From the NCBI GenBank assembly GCA_028023455.1, contig JAQFVV010000002.1:1240001-1304000 (forward strand): a DNA stretch of 64,000 bases, given 5' to 3'. Of this stretch, positions 28,880 through 43,752 are shown one piece after another. The DNA comes from Epiperipatus broadwayi. Lineage: Eukaryota > Animalia > Onychophora. Below the pieces are notes generated by a model. The model searched no databases and was not told the origin of the DNA. It was given only the letters and a program-made list of their open reading frames with translations. Position 1 is the stretch's first letter. Every line of letters starts with the position of its first letter. The position numbers were made by a program, and so were the translations under genes.

Positions 28880-29340
28880 TAGAAAAAGGAGTTCAGCATC
28901 TGAGAAAATGACATGAGAAAAAGACAGGCCTGTGTCATTTTAAAACCCAGATATAATTAAAGAAAAATCAAAAGCTCTTGGATACAGAAATCCCTTTGAA
29001 GAAGATAACAGAAATGTTTAAGGAAAATCAGCACTTCATGCAAGAAATAATACAAGACATAAGACAAAGTTGATGTTCAATGGAAAAAATATATAATTAG
29101 TTTCAAGTAAAGGAAAAATAGTAAAGAAAAAGGTTAAAATTCAAGATCATGCTTATAAATGTGTTGGAGTCAATAAAAATAATGTTGCTCCCACTAAGAA
29201 ATCAGAGTAAGATAATACCAACATAATGGAGAATGAAGATAGTCAGGACATGATACAAACAGAAATGAAGTTAATAGAAATAATACTGATTCTACTGAAA
29301 AACATATCATAGAACAGTGCTTAGAACATTCTGGGATCAA
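28880..29340 (+). pseudogene. Degenerate transposase-like fragment (possibly Sola-type N-terminus)
   Basis: Interrupted Lys-rich frame ...ARNNTRHKTK..LVSSKGKIVKKKVK..C; similarity recalled by eye only. Confidence 0.25.
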
Positions 29341-31020
29341 AATGTAGAAATAGAGAACGTATAAGAAGCAGAAGGAAGCCGGCATTCATTTATGTTTAAT
29401 TTATTTTAAAGGTTAGGCTGTTTAAACAGGTGACTAAGATAAAGAACTTAATGATGAGCACTTCAAGAGACATAGTTTTATTAAAATTAATTATTTTTGC
29501 AAAAGATAATCAGTTTTATACTTTGTTGTTTTTTCAACAAAATATCTTGTTTTTAAATCTGAGATTGACTTTTTTTTCTTCCAATTATTCAGTAGATTTC
29601 AGAAACTGTTCTCAAAAGTGAATATATAAAATCTATAATTATAACAAAATGTAGTATTTAACCAGTTGTTTTATGTGCTTGAACATTGATACTTGATTAT
29701 TGTTAGTAGAATAACGCTATCATTAATCATTTCATCAACCGAATACATTCTCATAAATTATATAATGAAAGATACATTGTATAAATTTCAATAACATTAA
29801 TAAATAAATCATTTATTAAAATTCTATAAGTGTTCTCATTGTTTCTGCTATAGACATTAATGTGTATGCAGAAATATGCCATGATATAAATAGACGTGCA
29901 TCCAAATAAGTAACGATTAAATATAAAATTGGATTATTACCAGTAATATTAAACTATCAAAAAAAAATTAATAATACTGTTAAATGATAAAATAAATTTA
30001 AACAAATTATTGTGACGCAAATATATAAAAGTAAGTAAGTAACAAATATATATTTATTAAAGGGTGTGTGTGTGTGTGTAGAACATGAAATTTTGTTATA
30101 CGATTAATTTTATTTGTCGATTATATTTACATTTGCATTATGTAATAGAGTACTGATTGCTTTATTTTATGTTTTATACGTAATAATAAAGTAAAAATTG
30201 CATATAAATTAATAGCTAAATGAATGCATATATAGAGAGAAAGAGAGAAATAAATGGATTAATAAATAAACGAATAGATGGGTATACTGATAGAAAAATA
30301 AAAAAATGGATAGCTTGATATATAATGTTAATGTATTTAATTATTTTTAATATTAAATGTCCAAAAAACAAAACAATCGAAGAAGGATTAAAAACGAATG
30401 TATCTTTATAATTAGATGTTAAGACTCACGATACATTAACTACATAAGGAATAAATAATTCATTTCATCTATAAATAAGTGTATACGTTTTCCCGTTTAA
30501 TATCTATATTTTTTAGAAATGTTTGTGAAAGAAAATCAAAAATTTTTTTGCAAATAAATGTAAATTAAGTAAATCGTATATAATCTTATGTTATAAGCAA
30601 AGATTAATTGAATACCTTTTTAAATAAAATTGTTTCATACTCAGATTTTGTATTTTATATCCAAATAAGTCGGTTATATCCAAATGCTTTCTCTAATTTT
30701 TATTCTTAAAATTTTGTACATATAAAAATGAAGTTTGTATATTTTTATTAACACACGTACTATAAATATATAAATTAATTGATGTTAACTAATATAAATA
30801 TATTATTAATTGTATATGTAAATGCCGGGTGAAAAATGATTCATTTTGCGCAATTTGATCGTCATAGATAGGCAGAAAAAAAAATGGCTATATTCATTTA
30901 ATTATAATATTTTAGCACAAGACATTTGTTTTTAAAATAATCAGAAAAAATGGTAATAATATTAAATTATTGCATTGAAAGAGAAAAGTATGCCACCAAT
31001 TACACGGAAAGTTTTTACAG

Positions 31021-31095
31021 CACCCTTGCATTGCTGCACGTTGTTTGGAAGTTGATGCTCACAAAAAAGCGGAGATTCTTAAATATTTTGAAAAA
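31021..31095 (+). CDS. Candidate host coding exon (HPCIAARCLEVDAHKKAEILKYFEK)
   Basis: Acceptor gtttttacag, donor gtatac, 75-nt open phase-0/0 exon, CpG retained; protein not recognised. Confidence 0.4.
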
Positions 31096-32549
31096 GTATA
31101 CAACATGACGACAATAAATAACAAGTACAATTTTATGTCATGATAATTTTTTTTTGCCGTTGCATTAAAAAAATGTATATTTTAATAATGAAAAATAATA
31201 TTCAGTTTCTAACATGAAAAAAAAAGGAAGTCGTATTGAGTTACAATGCAATAATGATGTATAATATATAGAATCGTAAATCTAAATGTATAGTATTTTA
31301 ATTAACCCAGTATGATTTACTTATACTTCATACCCACATATATATATATTAATGATGTGAGGTGGATAAGAGAGACTATAGCTTTAAAAAATTGAAATAA
31401 ACATGGTGAAGGGGTACGCTTCATTTGCAATGGGTAAAGAATAGTTAAAATTGATGATAGTGATATTTGTAAATAACTTCTTTTATAATATTGTATAATC
31501 AATAGTGTGCATTAAAATTAAGTGATGTTTGAAATATAAAAGCTCACTGAATTCTATTAATTAAAAGACGCAAGCAATCGATAAGTACCCCTAATTTTTT
31601 GATTGATTATTAGTTTTAAGATAGAAAATTACATATGTAAAATAAATTAATACACTTTAATAGAAAATGTCTGCTATTTTATAATTAATGATTGACATAC
31701 ATAAAAATTAGAATGATTAATATAATAAAATTAAACGTTTCACTATGACAAATAATTAGAAAAATAGTGTTTTTGAATATAGATGTGGTGATATTATTAA
31801 TGCAAAAATATTATTTTACATCTCTTTTAAGATTTGGAATTTTTTTCAAAATCAAGAGTTACTCAATACATATCTATTATTATAACTATAAATTATATAT
31901 TAAAATTATTTCATTATCACTTGTTGCATAGACAAGATTATTAATTACTATAAAAATAAAGAATAATATTTTTTAAAATTATTCTCCTGCTTACATTTTC
32001 TTTATCATAAAGACTTTCAGCATTTTAGAAAAGGTTTCATTGAGGTAATCTCCTTTGTAATTTCATTCATTCAATTCAGTTTTTCCTACAGAAAATGTAA
32101 GCTCATCAATTTCTGTTCCATGACAAAGGCATATCTTTTTCATCATTTGATTAAATATCCTTCATAATCAAACTGCTATCCTTTGTGTTTGTAATCTTAT
32201 TAATTTCAATTCCATGGCAAATACATATCTTTCTAATCCTTTGATTAAATACTTTGCATAATCAAACAGATGCCATTTCAATATTGACTTTATTTATTCT
32301 AGCTTATCATCAGTTGACTTTTATCAGTGTCCAGAATATTGCCTATAAATTTTTGAATCAGTAAAATAATGTAAAGCAAAACTTTCATTATCGATATACA
32401 TTAATCATGAAGATTTGCTTTACAGAAAGCCTTCATAATTGCATTTTGTAATATGTTTTTTGTTTAAGTGAGCAAATCATTGGCAATTTATTTTTTATTT
32501 GGCAAACAATCTGAAAAGTCATCAATTTTTATCAGATTATGAACACAAT

Positions 32550-34620
32550 TACTTAGGATAGTGGTGCAGGGCTGCAAAAAAGCACTAAAGAAGAAAGCAT
32601 GCAGGTTAAAGAATATTGTAAAAAATTAGGAAGTCCCTGGAAGTATAACTGATAAATGCAGAATTACAGCCATTAGGCTAAGTATAAAACATGATAAAAA
32701 ATATTTTTTTTAGACAAAAAGCAGAAAATTAAAATAGAGAACAATGTCAATGAAAAATTTGTCAATCTATTAATCCATAAGCCCATGGACAAAGTTATGT
32801 TGGTTCTGGAATATGGCCTGAATTTTGTAGATGGAAATGGGAAAAACCCCTATTTAGAAATAATTGTGGAAATTGAAGCAAAATTTGAGGATAGCCCTCA
32901 TAGGAGGATATTGTTTGTAAGGTTACACAAACACTATGCTGTGAACCAATGAAAATAAATGATAATATTTAAATGAGGGGCCTGGAGAAGATGAAGAAGT
33001 ACTTGCCAATGAATCACATTACTTGTATCAAAGAAGATAAGAAGAATAGGTTGGTCCTATTAAAGCAACAAATAATATATTCAAAAGTGAGGAGCAAATT
33101 AATAAACTTAAATTTAAACAAGTAGATATGTACAATTTGAAAAGAATGAAAGATAAATTTATAACATCTATACTAAGGAAACATTGTAAGAAGGCATTTA
33201 ATAACATTGAATATTTGAGAATTTATACAATGACTGCCATTCCTCCAAGAATTTTTGGTAATGTAAAAGTGGAATAAAGTAAATTAACCTCTCAATTTAC
33301 TAATAGATTTTGGGGGAACTTATTAGTATAAAACATCAAAAGTGATAATGAAATGGTTTACTGATTATGTAGGCTTTGGTAAATTTACAATGAAATCATC
33401 ATATGAGTATGTGCAAATTATAAACTCTTGTAAAACTGATCACTTTAAACTAGCATTGTTGAATATAGTCAAGCTATATAAACCAGTTTTGTACTCTCAA
33501 TCTAAAAATATAATCCAGATACTATTGAAATTAGACTTTAATCCAAACAAAATTGCTCTTATTATAGAGGCCCTCAAGTGGATTGGCAATTATATTACCA
33601 CTTTATTTAATAATAAGTTTTATAAAATGCAATATGGTTGGCTATGGGGATTATCAACCAGTGACATAATTTACAGTATCACATTAACAAAATTTGAAGT
33701 TGCAATTATCTATAAATATGTGTCCACTAAATCTAATTCATTCTATATGATGTACTTATTTGTGTATCAGAGGAACACATCAATAAAATATGCCATGAGT
33801 TAACACATTTCTCTTTCTTGGTATGAACCATGGAATAAGAAGATGAATGTAAAGGAATTAAACAATGATAAGCTCAATTATAAAATGATTGTCAAACCCT
33901 TCAACATTTAGAGAGCAATCCATAACTGTTTGCACATGTCTCCATAACACAATCTTTCAGACTTTAAATGTTTTTATCTAGAAGTTTAAGATTATGTAAA
34001 TTTAAAGTGGAACATAAGGTCAATATTTAGGTTTATATTAAAGACTTTGTAAAAGTAGGCTATAGTTATAACATTTGGATCAGAATACTCAATAAATTCT
34101 ATTTCAAAATAAACACTCAATCTCTAAATCCCAATAATAAAAACAACTGGATAAGACTTCCTTTCATGTCTGGGATGTCATGTCATTTATATAACACATG
34201 TTTTAACACTTTTGTCATCAGTTTTCAGACCCCTCCTAACATAAATAAGCTTATAAACAACACCAAAGATAAAAGTTGCCTTCAAACCTAGCCTTTCAGA
34301 CTGTTTATAGGATTGATTGCAGTGATTCAACTTGCAATGCAGTTTATTATAGGAAATTATGCACTAATATTTCCATGAAATTGCTATAGCATAATACCTT
34401 TACAACCACACAAAAATGATTGTAGTGTTAAGTCAGTTTTCCTTAAGCATGAAATAAACTTTAGCAATAGCTTTGACTTACAAACTGTATACACATTGTG
34501 TGATGAATGCAATAATCAAAAGAGAAAAATTGAAGAGGCATAGTACATTGCTAAAGATCTTCATGTAATTAACAAAAAAGAATGTCACATTGGTTTGTCC
34601 AAAAAATGGAACATAAATTT
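32550..34620 (+). mobile_element. Old, degenerate Penelope-like element (RT plus C-terminal GIY-YIG)
   Basis: Ordered PLE-like motifs LEYGLNF, IKEDKKNRLVLL, PPRIFGNVK, ORF 33342-33803 (FNNKFYKMQYGWLWGLSTS), WIRLPFMSG and RIDC..CNAVY; many stops and frameshifts. Confidence 0.8.
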
Positions 34621-37600
34621 ATAAATTTGCATAATGCCTGCTGCATTTATTTTATAAAGTCATCATCATATTTAGACGTTGGATTTGAGTACTATGATTT
34701 TGAATCTCTAGGCCACATGCATGATCAGTTATATATTGAAAGTTTAATACAAAATAATCTATTCTTTATGAGTGAATAAAATGCTTATGATAGAATTACC
34801 ATGAACAGAAAAAAAGAAGTAAATATTTGCAGAATTAAATAACAGTATACACTACAGTTTATGCCAAGACTTCTTTACCATTGATTCTATGTCATCTATA
34901 TTCCTTGATAAACATTTATAAAGAAGAAACAGCTTGTTTTGCATCTAACAAATGTTTCATAAAAAAATAATACTTCACTTTTAAGGAGCACTCTATTCTT
35001 TGATTTAGGGATTATTTAAAAAATATACAATTGGAAGTTAAACAGATACCTCAAATTTTATTCTTTCATTAAAGATCAACTTTGGATCATGCAAAGAGTT
35101 ATTCAAAAAACAATAAAAAGTTTAATTTTTAGTAATCTTATCATAAAGGTTGAACGCATTATATAGCCAATCTAACATTGTATCATTAACAATATGGTCA
35201 TTTTATTTGTACAATAGATTACAGCAATCTTGTAACACATTAAGGTATTTTCTTTTCAGTCAATAGTAATTTATTTCTAAGTAATTTACACACTGGAATA
35301 TACCTAAAATAGTTACTCTGACATTATATTGCTTAAATTCTGAGACATCATCTTCAACTTCTGTTATCAATATATCACCAGCATAATGCTTTTTCAAATT
35401 TCACTATACACTTGTTTAGAATGAGACCTCTGTATGCAATTAGTTGAGCACGTTTATCTAATAACAATGCTTCCTGACAAATCTACTCTTATATCATAAT
35501 GCAGGTGAACTATTCAGTGGCAATTTGAAAATGTTATATACTTTTGCTCCTCTTTATATGTGTTATATTCATCCTTTACTTTAGAATTGCAGAAGTTTTC
35601 ATCTTTGTTTTTTTTTAAATCATATATGGCTGACAAACCCACATTGTATTCTTAATGTAACTTGAATTGAGTGAAACAATTTTTAAAGCAATTTATTTTT
35701 GGGGGATTGTCAAACTTGAATCTTTTCAAAATTAACATTTTTTTAGAGTTCAGTTATTTTTTTTATTTACAAGTATATATTTGAGAAAATATTTAAATAA
35801 TATGAAGAAATAATCAATAATTTATTTTATTAAAAAATAAAACATAAGCAAACAATGACTTCTTTTAATGTAAAAAGTGACATTTAACAGGCTCAATCCT
35901 AGTAGTATTTTTGCACTGTATTATAATGTCACTACTATCATATTTGGGTATTTTGAAAATTCTCTCGCAGTTATCTATAGCATTAATTTGCCAGTAATGC
36001 ATTTATTTAATGAAAGAATTGAAATTAAAATTTGTATTGATTTATTCTTTAAAAATATCAGAAAATGCCTGCATTATACAGAGAATCTAATATAATGACA
36101 ATGACAATTGCTAGATTCTTGGTTCTCAAGTTTCAGGAGCAGCTAAAAGAATACTTGCAAGTGTTTTTTCTTTTGTTACATCAAAAAATTGTATATTTTT
36201 CATAGTTTTTTTTTACATATTTATGAGTATTTTTGTAGCATATTTGTAAAATATTTATTTTAAAACAAAAATATTTATGACTATAGTCACATTTTTATTT
36301 GAAAAGTTTGTTTTTAAGAATACATGTCAGAGTTTTTAAAAGATCTAGAATTTATCAATACAAACAGCTAATGTTCATTTCCTCAATTCTTTAATTGCCG
36401 ACTATTATTGACATATTATTTTTTTTAAAATAAATTTATTGATTTATTTGTTTTATATGATATGTGAAATAAATGCTTTAATATTGTTCTTTTTCTCCTT
36501 TGTCAGAATTCTTGGGTTTTTTTCCACCCATTCCCTCCTTTACAATAGATCCTGGGTGAGTTGCTAGTCTGCATGTGTCTTGGCTTCATATGTTTTTATC
36601 AGCCTTTCCTTCTTGTTGATTTTTCTTCAACTGTTATAAAGACAGTGGATCTTGTTGAAAGGTGATCCTCATGTTGACTTTGAATCATCTTGCTAAAACT
36701 TTTTGGGAAATGCATTGATGCAGACTCTTTGGAACTTACTTGATTAATGTGGAAATATTTATTTTCCCACTTACTTGGGTTTGATTGCAAATGAGCGTAT
36801 ATTGGCAGTACAACCAACAACACATTTATTTTGTCCTGAAATGTTTTTGCTTTCACTTCTGGGATTAACTTTTCAAAAATTGAATTGTTCATTATTAGAT
36901 TTTATTGAGGAAATTGCATATGTATATGATTGTTATTTTATATTTATACTTATCATACCTGGAATAAAATTGTACTTGCTGCTTTGACTGATGACTTTCA
37001 AATTTTTGAAAATTGATGTCCATAATCTAGAGACTTTAATGTCAACACCAAATCAGTAATTGGCTACTGAAAACAAAAAGTGTTAAGATTGTAAACATAT
37101 TCTGATCTTTGATTATAAATCTAATTGTATTTTTATAACTATAGATACATTCAAATAAAGAAATATTATAAGAAGTGGAAAAAAAAGTGTTGACTATTTT
37201 TCAATAAGAGATGCTCATACCCTGAGTAATTAAACAAAAGTTGGCAAGAATCTAAAATCTATACTAAATTCTTTCTTTATAATTATAATCTATAATTTTA
37301 CTTTTATCTTTATTATTTTAAACTATTTTTTTTTCTCTCTTTTATTTTACTTGTTTATTGAAGTATAAATTTACAAAATAGCATTTGGTCCCACATACAT
37401 AAAATAGAGTAAGAAAAGGCTACAAATTTTAAACAAAGGAAAATATGCAATTCATATTATATACTCTGTATTTTCTTCCCATACTAGAGATGAGAAAAAT
37501 TACAAATCTATGTGTAGTAGAAAAAATACAATAGCAATTTAGCATTTTCTGACTGCTGCATAGGATTTATATCTTTCTATGAACATTATTGCATTAATGT

Positions 37601-39495
37601 CTTTTTTGTTTTTAATTATCAAGTTATCATTTTATAATAATCAGTCATGACATAAATTTGAGTGGTCACATTAGTGGCCATGTGTCTAAATAAATGTTAG
37701 TTGGTGAATTTTTTTCATCTCTTATATGTATAATATCCATTTTATTTCCCAATGTATTAAGGTGTTTTTTGTATTTGAAGTGTACATAAATGTACATTGG
37801 GGACACCATAATGAGACTAGTATAAATCTACTGCCTTGAATGTGTGAATAATGAGAAGTGCATGTGTGTTTTAATTTTTATTTTTAAATATTTGGGAATA
37901 TTCCACCAGATATTATTAAACGTGGGGCATGTAAATAGAAAATATGATTGTGTTTCTGATTCTCTCTGACATAGTTTGCATATGTCTTCAATATTAGTAC
38001 AATTCCTTTTCTATGTGTAGAAATAAAAGGTGGGAAGTGCTTCAAGATTTAGTTTTAGGACAAAATCATAATATTTTTGTTCTATTGACCAGTATTTAAA
38101 TTTTTTAGTCAACTGCTTATTGGTTATGTTTAATAGGGATTTGCTATTATCATTGGATGGGGAAACGCAGATTGAATATATGTCCCAGTATTTAATTTAA
38201 TCTTGGGAGGATAATATATTAAATTGGGAATACATAATAAAGAAGAAATTAACTTATTCCAGTAATTGCATATGGGTGGTGACCTATATGTGGGTGTAAT
38301 TTTAAAAAAACTATTTGTAGATATGAAAATGTCCTTGCACATGATGATATAAGATTAAGTGTTTTTTGAATTTGGAAATTTTTTATAGAATGTAAACCCA
38401 ATCAATTTTGAATAGAGGGTGCAGAGTCTTACTTAGAGATATTGATGTCATTTTCTTTCCCCACAACAACTTTACCTAATAGTTAAAAAATTTTAAATGC
38501 TACCTGAGGATTTTATATCACTGCATTTAAATACATATTTATAACATATTTACATAAATTATTTTTTGTTTGAATGTTTATTAATTTATTTTATTAAAAA
38601 AAGGAAGAAAAAAAACAACTACAAAGGAATGCCAAACTAGAATATTTTAAAAAGTATTTCTTTATTTTATTTAATAACAATTTGAAATTTCTTTTAAACT
38701 AAATAAATGTGAGGGCAAATGAAATCATTTATAAATATGCAATACATAAAACCTAAGCATTTACGATTAATTTCCAAGGTTAATTTGATAGCCTTTATAA
38801 AATCTGACAATTAGTATTCTTGAAACACGACTTATTAGTTTAGATTACAATGAAATTATTTTCAATCATGATACTAGATTGCAAACTAATGACATACCAT
38901 ATTTACATTTGCATATAAATTTACACACACGTACACGCATGTACCTCTATAATCTTTCTATTAATTTATATTCTAAAATTATTTAATTAATTTAGACTAT
39001 GTTTTATGCATTTTATGTAACTGTACTTCCGGTGCTAGAAATTTTATGAACTCCGAGTAATAAACAATTCTATTGTTACTATTAAAAAGAAAAATAGAAA
39101 AGCCTTCACTTATATATATATTATTTTGTAGATATAATATACTGCAAATGAAGTGAAACACAATGTAAATGCGAAAGATATTTTACGATGTTATACTTAA
39201 CTGATTCTAAACAAAAAGCTTAAAATAAGCGGTCAAATGGCAAGTCTATAACTAATCTATCTATACCTTACTCTTATCTGACATTTAAAATGCCTCCATG
39301 GAACCTTAAAATAGAACAAAGTTTAAAAGCAATGGAAATTATCTATACATATTACTCTTTAGGGAAATGCCTTTTAATAAAAAAGGAAAAACAACAATAA
39401 TTATAATAATCGATTTTAATATTAAAAAATATATTTATTTAATATTATACAATGAATATAATATATTTCGGCAAATACTTACAATAAAAATATTT

Positions 39496-40100
39496 AATTT
39501 AATACACTGTACAGGCTTACACATACCTGCACATATATAATGTAATATATAAGGGAGTCGAACTGGGGAGTTGAGAGTCGTGTGAAAGTCTGAGTTCGAA
39601 TCCCTTATATATTACATTATATATGTGCAGGTGTGTGTAAGCCTGTACAGGGTATTAAGTTACATATTGAAACATAGTGCGTTAAAGTTCTGCCCATCCC
39701 TTGCATATGTATGTAAATGGATTATTCTCCAGTACATGAGGGGTCAGAATGACTAAACGTCAACATGGGTAGGAAAACAACCTTGGCACTAATGTGGGCT
39801 TTGAACGTTCCATCATCCTATTTTCAATGAAATGGGTGGCTGAAGAGTTGTGGGTTGGAATAGTTTGAAGTCTGTCCATTAAAGTATGAAGATTGGCTAT
39901 CTTAATATAAAGCTGAGCACTGATTGTATATATGAATGGAGATAGTAATCTGGACCAACTGATGATTGCTGGTTTAGCATGAAATACGGATATTGGTGAT
40001 TATTTACCTTTTCAACATGTGTGTGATCAGGTGGGTCAGCAATATGAGATGGCATGCAGAGTTGAGAGTCGTGTGAAAGTCTGAGTTCGAATCCCTTAAA
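39496..40100 (+). repeat. Fifth family A unit (~490-bp period) preceded by a 69-bp-arm fold-back
   Basis: gagttgagagtcgtgtgaaagtctgagttcgaatccct occurs at ~39568 and ~40059. HHR at 39947-40001 (CCAA-CTGATGA-TTGCT GGTTT AGCAT-GAAA-TACGGA-TA-TTGG). Arms 39496-39564 and 39593-39661 are inverted. Confidence 0.85.
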
Positions 40101-40469
40101 TAAAAATATTTGAAAAAATTTTTTGAAAATAGATTTACGTTTGCTAATTTATTTTAATTCTATATTATTTTGAATATAGACAATAGCAAATTTCTGATTA
40201 ATATATTGAAAAGATTATTGGATAGTAGTTTTTTTTTTTTTTTCACAATTTTCTACTACATGTATACATTGGTATACAAATAAGACTATCGACAGGATCC
40301 AGAAACATGAGGTAATGGAATAATCCTATGATATAATATTAATTACGAATAAATATATTTTTCTTTGGATTATCAAAAACAGGTACTATTAATGAATAAA
40401 AATAGTTTATTCTCTCTCTCTTTTCTTTTTTTCTTCTCTCATCTTATATATATATCATCATCATCATCA

Positions 40470-43426
40470 TCAACCATTATCAATCCACTGCAGGATGAAG
40501 GTCTCTCCAAGTTTAATCCATCTTCTCCGATCTTTAGCTTCTCTTCTCCACAACACCCCTGCACATTTTCTTATTTCATCCATCCATCTCACATGTGGTC
40601 TCTTTCTGGGTCTTTTACAATCTCTTGGAATCCAGTTTAAAATTTCAATTGTCCATCTATTATAATCTCTTCTAGCAATATGTCCAGCCCAACTCCATTT
40701 CAATCTTTTAATTTTTTCAATAAGGTCAGTAACACCTGTTTGTTGTCTTACCCATACATTGCGTTTTCGATCTCTTCTTGTTACTCCCAACATACATCTC
40801 TCCATACTCCTTTGAGTGGTCTGAAGTCTCTGTATTGCTCTTCTATTAAGTGTCCAAGTCTCAGATCCATAAGTAAGAACTGGTAAAACACATTTGTTAA
40901 AAACCATCCTTTTCAAACACATAGGCATATTTCCTTTTAGTATCAAGTTATTTCTACCAAAAGCACTCCAACCAAGTTTAATTCTATGATTATTTTCCTC
41001 CATTATGTTTCCATCTGTATTAATAATCTGATCAAGGTATTTGAAACTGTTAACTTCTTCTAATTCTTCATAATCAATCTTTATTTTCATATTTTGAGCA
41101 AATCGATTAAACATTACTTTAGTCTTTTTAACATTTATCTTTAGTCCTACTTTTTTACTTTCATCTGCTAACTCCTGCAACATTTCCTGCAGCTCTGAAG
41201 CATTATTTGCAAAAACAACTACATCATCTGCGAAATCTAAATGACTTAAATACTCTCCATTTACTTTCACTCCTTTAGTTTCCCATTTTAATCCACAAAA
41301 TACTTCTTGCAGCACTGCTGTAAAGAGTTTTGGAGATATGGAGTCACCTTGTCTTACACCTTTCTCAATGTTGATTTTTCCAGTATCATTATGTAATCTA
41401 ATTGTTGCTGTTGCATTTTTATAAATATTCTTTAAAATATGACAATATCCTGGATCTATACCTTGATGATCTAATGCTTTAATCACTGAAGAAATGTGTA
41501 TAGAATCAAATGCCTTTTCATAATCTACAAATCCAAAACATAATGACAACTCATATTCGTTTGTCCTTTCTATGACTTCTCTCAATACCTGGATATGATC
41601 TATTGTACTAAAACCACTTTTAAATCCAGCTTGTTCTCTTGGTTGGTGGAAATCCAAAGTTCTCTGTAGACGAGTTGTAATTATCTTGGTAAATTTTTAT
41701 ATAAAATTTATAAAAGGCTGATAGGTCTGTAATTTCTAATATCTTCTTTATCACCTTTTTTAAATATTAATATTATTACTGCATTCTTCCAATCATCCGG
41801 TACATCTTTATCATTTAGACATTTGGTATATAACTTTGCTAAAATTGTTTCTATTTCTTCACCTGCTTCTTTTAATATATCAATTATAATTCCATCATTT
41901 CCTGGAGCCTTTCCGTTCTTCATACACTTAATTGCATGTCTCACTTCTTCATTTAAAATTCTGGGCAATTCGGAAGATGTAATAGATATAGGAGGTACTT
42001 GTTCTTTATTACTATATAATTCTTGATAAAAATCTTCTACCAATTTCATGATGTCATCTCTCTTTTTAGTAATAATTCCATCTTTTTTTCTTATTGCAGA
42101 TATAAATTTCCTACCAATACCAAAATGTTGTTTAACATTTTTGAGACTTTTATTTTCTTCTATAGCTTTCCTTGCTATTTCACAGTTATACTTTCTTATA
42201 TCATTTTCAACTCTTTTCCTTACCATTTTACAAAATTCGAGATATTCAATTCTTTTTAATACATCATTTTTGTATATCTTCATATTCCTTCTTTTCTTCA
42301 TAAATTCTCTAGTCTCAGTAGAAATTTTATTAGTCAATTGCTGCTTTTTTCTACCAGCTATGTTTGTTGCAGTTTTTAAAAGTGTATCAGTTATTTTCAT
42401 ATTAATTTCATTCAAATCTGAATCATGTTCAAAATCTCCTAACACTTGAAACCTATTTGTAAGTTCTAATTTAAATTCATTAGAATGTTTCTGAAGATTA
42501 GGAATATCAACTGTAAATATTGTTTTTCTTAATAATTTTTGTCTCTCTAGTTTTACATTAACACGTAACTTACACCTTACTAATCGATGATCACTTCCTG
42601 TGTTAAATTTATTAAGAACATTACAATCTTGAAATATGTATTTTCTGTTAGTCAAAATATAATCCAATTCTGCTGTACCTTCATTTGGATGCTTCCATGT
42701 CCATTTCCTTTTAACATTTTTCTCAAAAAATGAATTCATAATATAAAGTTTTTCTTTTTCTGCAAACTCCACAAGTCTATGTCCTCTCTCATTTCTATTA
42801 CCATAACCAAAATTACCTACAGCAATTTCATCTTTCAATTGTATACCAATTCTAGCATTAAAGTCTCCCATAACAATTTTAAAATGTTGTTTACTCTGAT
42901 CAAAAGCCTTTTGTACATCCATATAAAAATCTTCTACTACTTCATCACTATGAGAACTTGTTGGGGCATAAACCTGAATTATCTGCATTTGGTATCTGCT
43001 ATTAAGTTGTATAACTAATCTTGCCACTCTGTCCGATACACCATCAATCTCCACAATATTGTTCTTCCACTTTTTATTTATAATGAATCCTACTCCACTT
43101 GTATTTCCAATATGTGTGCCTTTATAATAGAGTATATGTCCACTTTTTAAATCAATTGTTTCTTCTCCTTTTCTTCTAACTTCACAAAGTCCAATAATGT
43201 CCCATTTAATATAAGACAGTTCTTCTTCTAATTCTTGCAATCTTCCTTCACTTGAAAGTGATCTGCAGTTGTAAGTACCTAAATAAAAAGTCATCATCAA
43301 ATGGCAGCCTGGGTCCGCAATCAGGGGATTCTTAGCACCCTCCGCCTTCGGCCACCAACTGCTGCCTTGGTTGGTGACTTTACAGCCTCCTGGGAATAAG
43401 GGCCATGCTTTATTTTTGTCTGTCAT
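40470..43426 (-). pseudogene. RTE APE-endonuclease/RT ORF broken by a TCA>TAA stop and a 1-nt deletion at ~41695-41710
   Basis: ORF 41708-43426 has [38 protein letters not shown] and GSDHRLV; ORF 40470-41657 has KAFDSI, QGDSISP and DFADD. Compared base by base with the intact stretch in copy 1. Confidence 0.92.
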
Positions 43427-43586
43427 AATTGTATATATGTATGGGAAAAATATTTATCATTTACACAAACATTCATTCTGCCTTATCAGGCACTGAGAAG
43501 AAAGACCATGGTGTTTCTTGATCTTAAACTCAGAGGTAAAAAGCCAATAAACTCACCACGCTGGCTAATGCGTGTTGGTGAGCAGC

Positions 43587-43752
43587 CCATCCATGTTCGT
43601 ATACTATATGAATAATCACATAGTAATAACAGCTGCAACGACAAGAACGTATGGAGTGGACATTATGAATTTGCCCTGCTCGGTTCCTTTAAGGCCTCCA
43701 AGAGGAATCAAAGGGTCTCCTTTAAGTTAATAGCAAATTCCTTTCTGCAGCC
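43587..43752 (-). ncRNA. HDV/CPEB3-like self-cleaving ribozyme at the RTE 5' end
   Basis: P1 GGCUGCA/UGCAGCU with a G1.U wobble; P2 UCCAU/AUGGA; P3 ACG/CGU; L3 UUCUUGU; GU linker; P4 ACUAUGUGA/UCAUAUAGU; J4/2 CGAA. Long J1/2 contains a GAAUUUGC/GCAAAUUC stem. Confidence 0.85.

Larger units (their letters stand above)
40454..43752 (-). mobile_element. Full-length (~3.3 kb) RTE-clade LINE inserted in (TA)n, with a (GAT)n tail
   Basis: 5'UTR, APE+RT ORF, and 3' gatgatgat tail; both flanks are TA repeats. Confidence 0.95.

Noticed and set aside
35100-35750. Minus frame KHYAGDILITEVEDD, like a transposase C-terminal domain
   Set aside because: Too short and interrupted to assign; no ends found.
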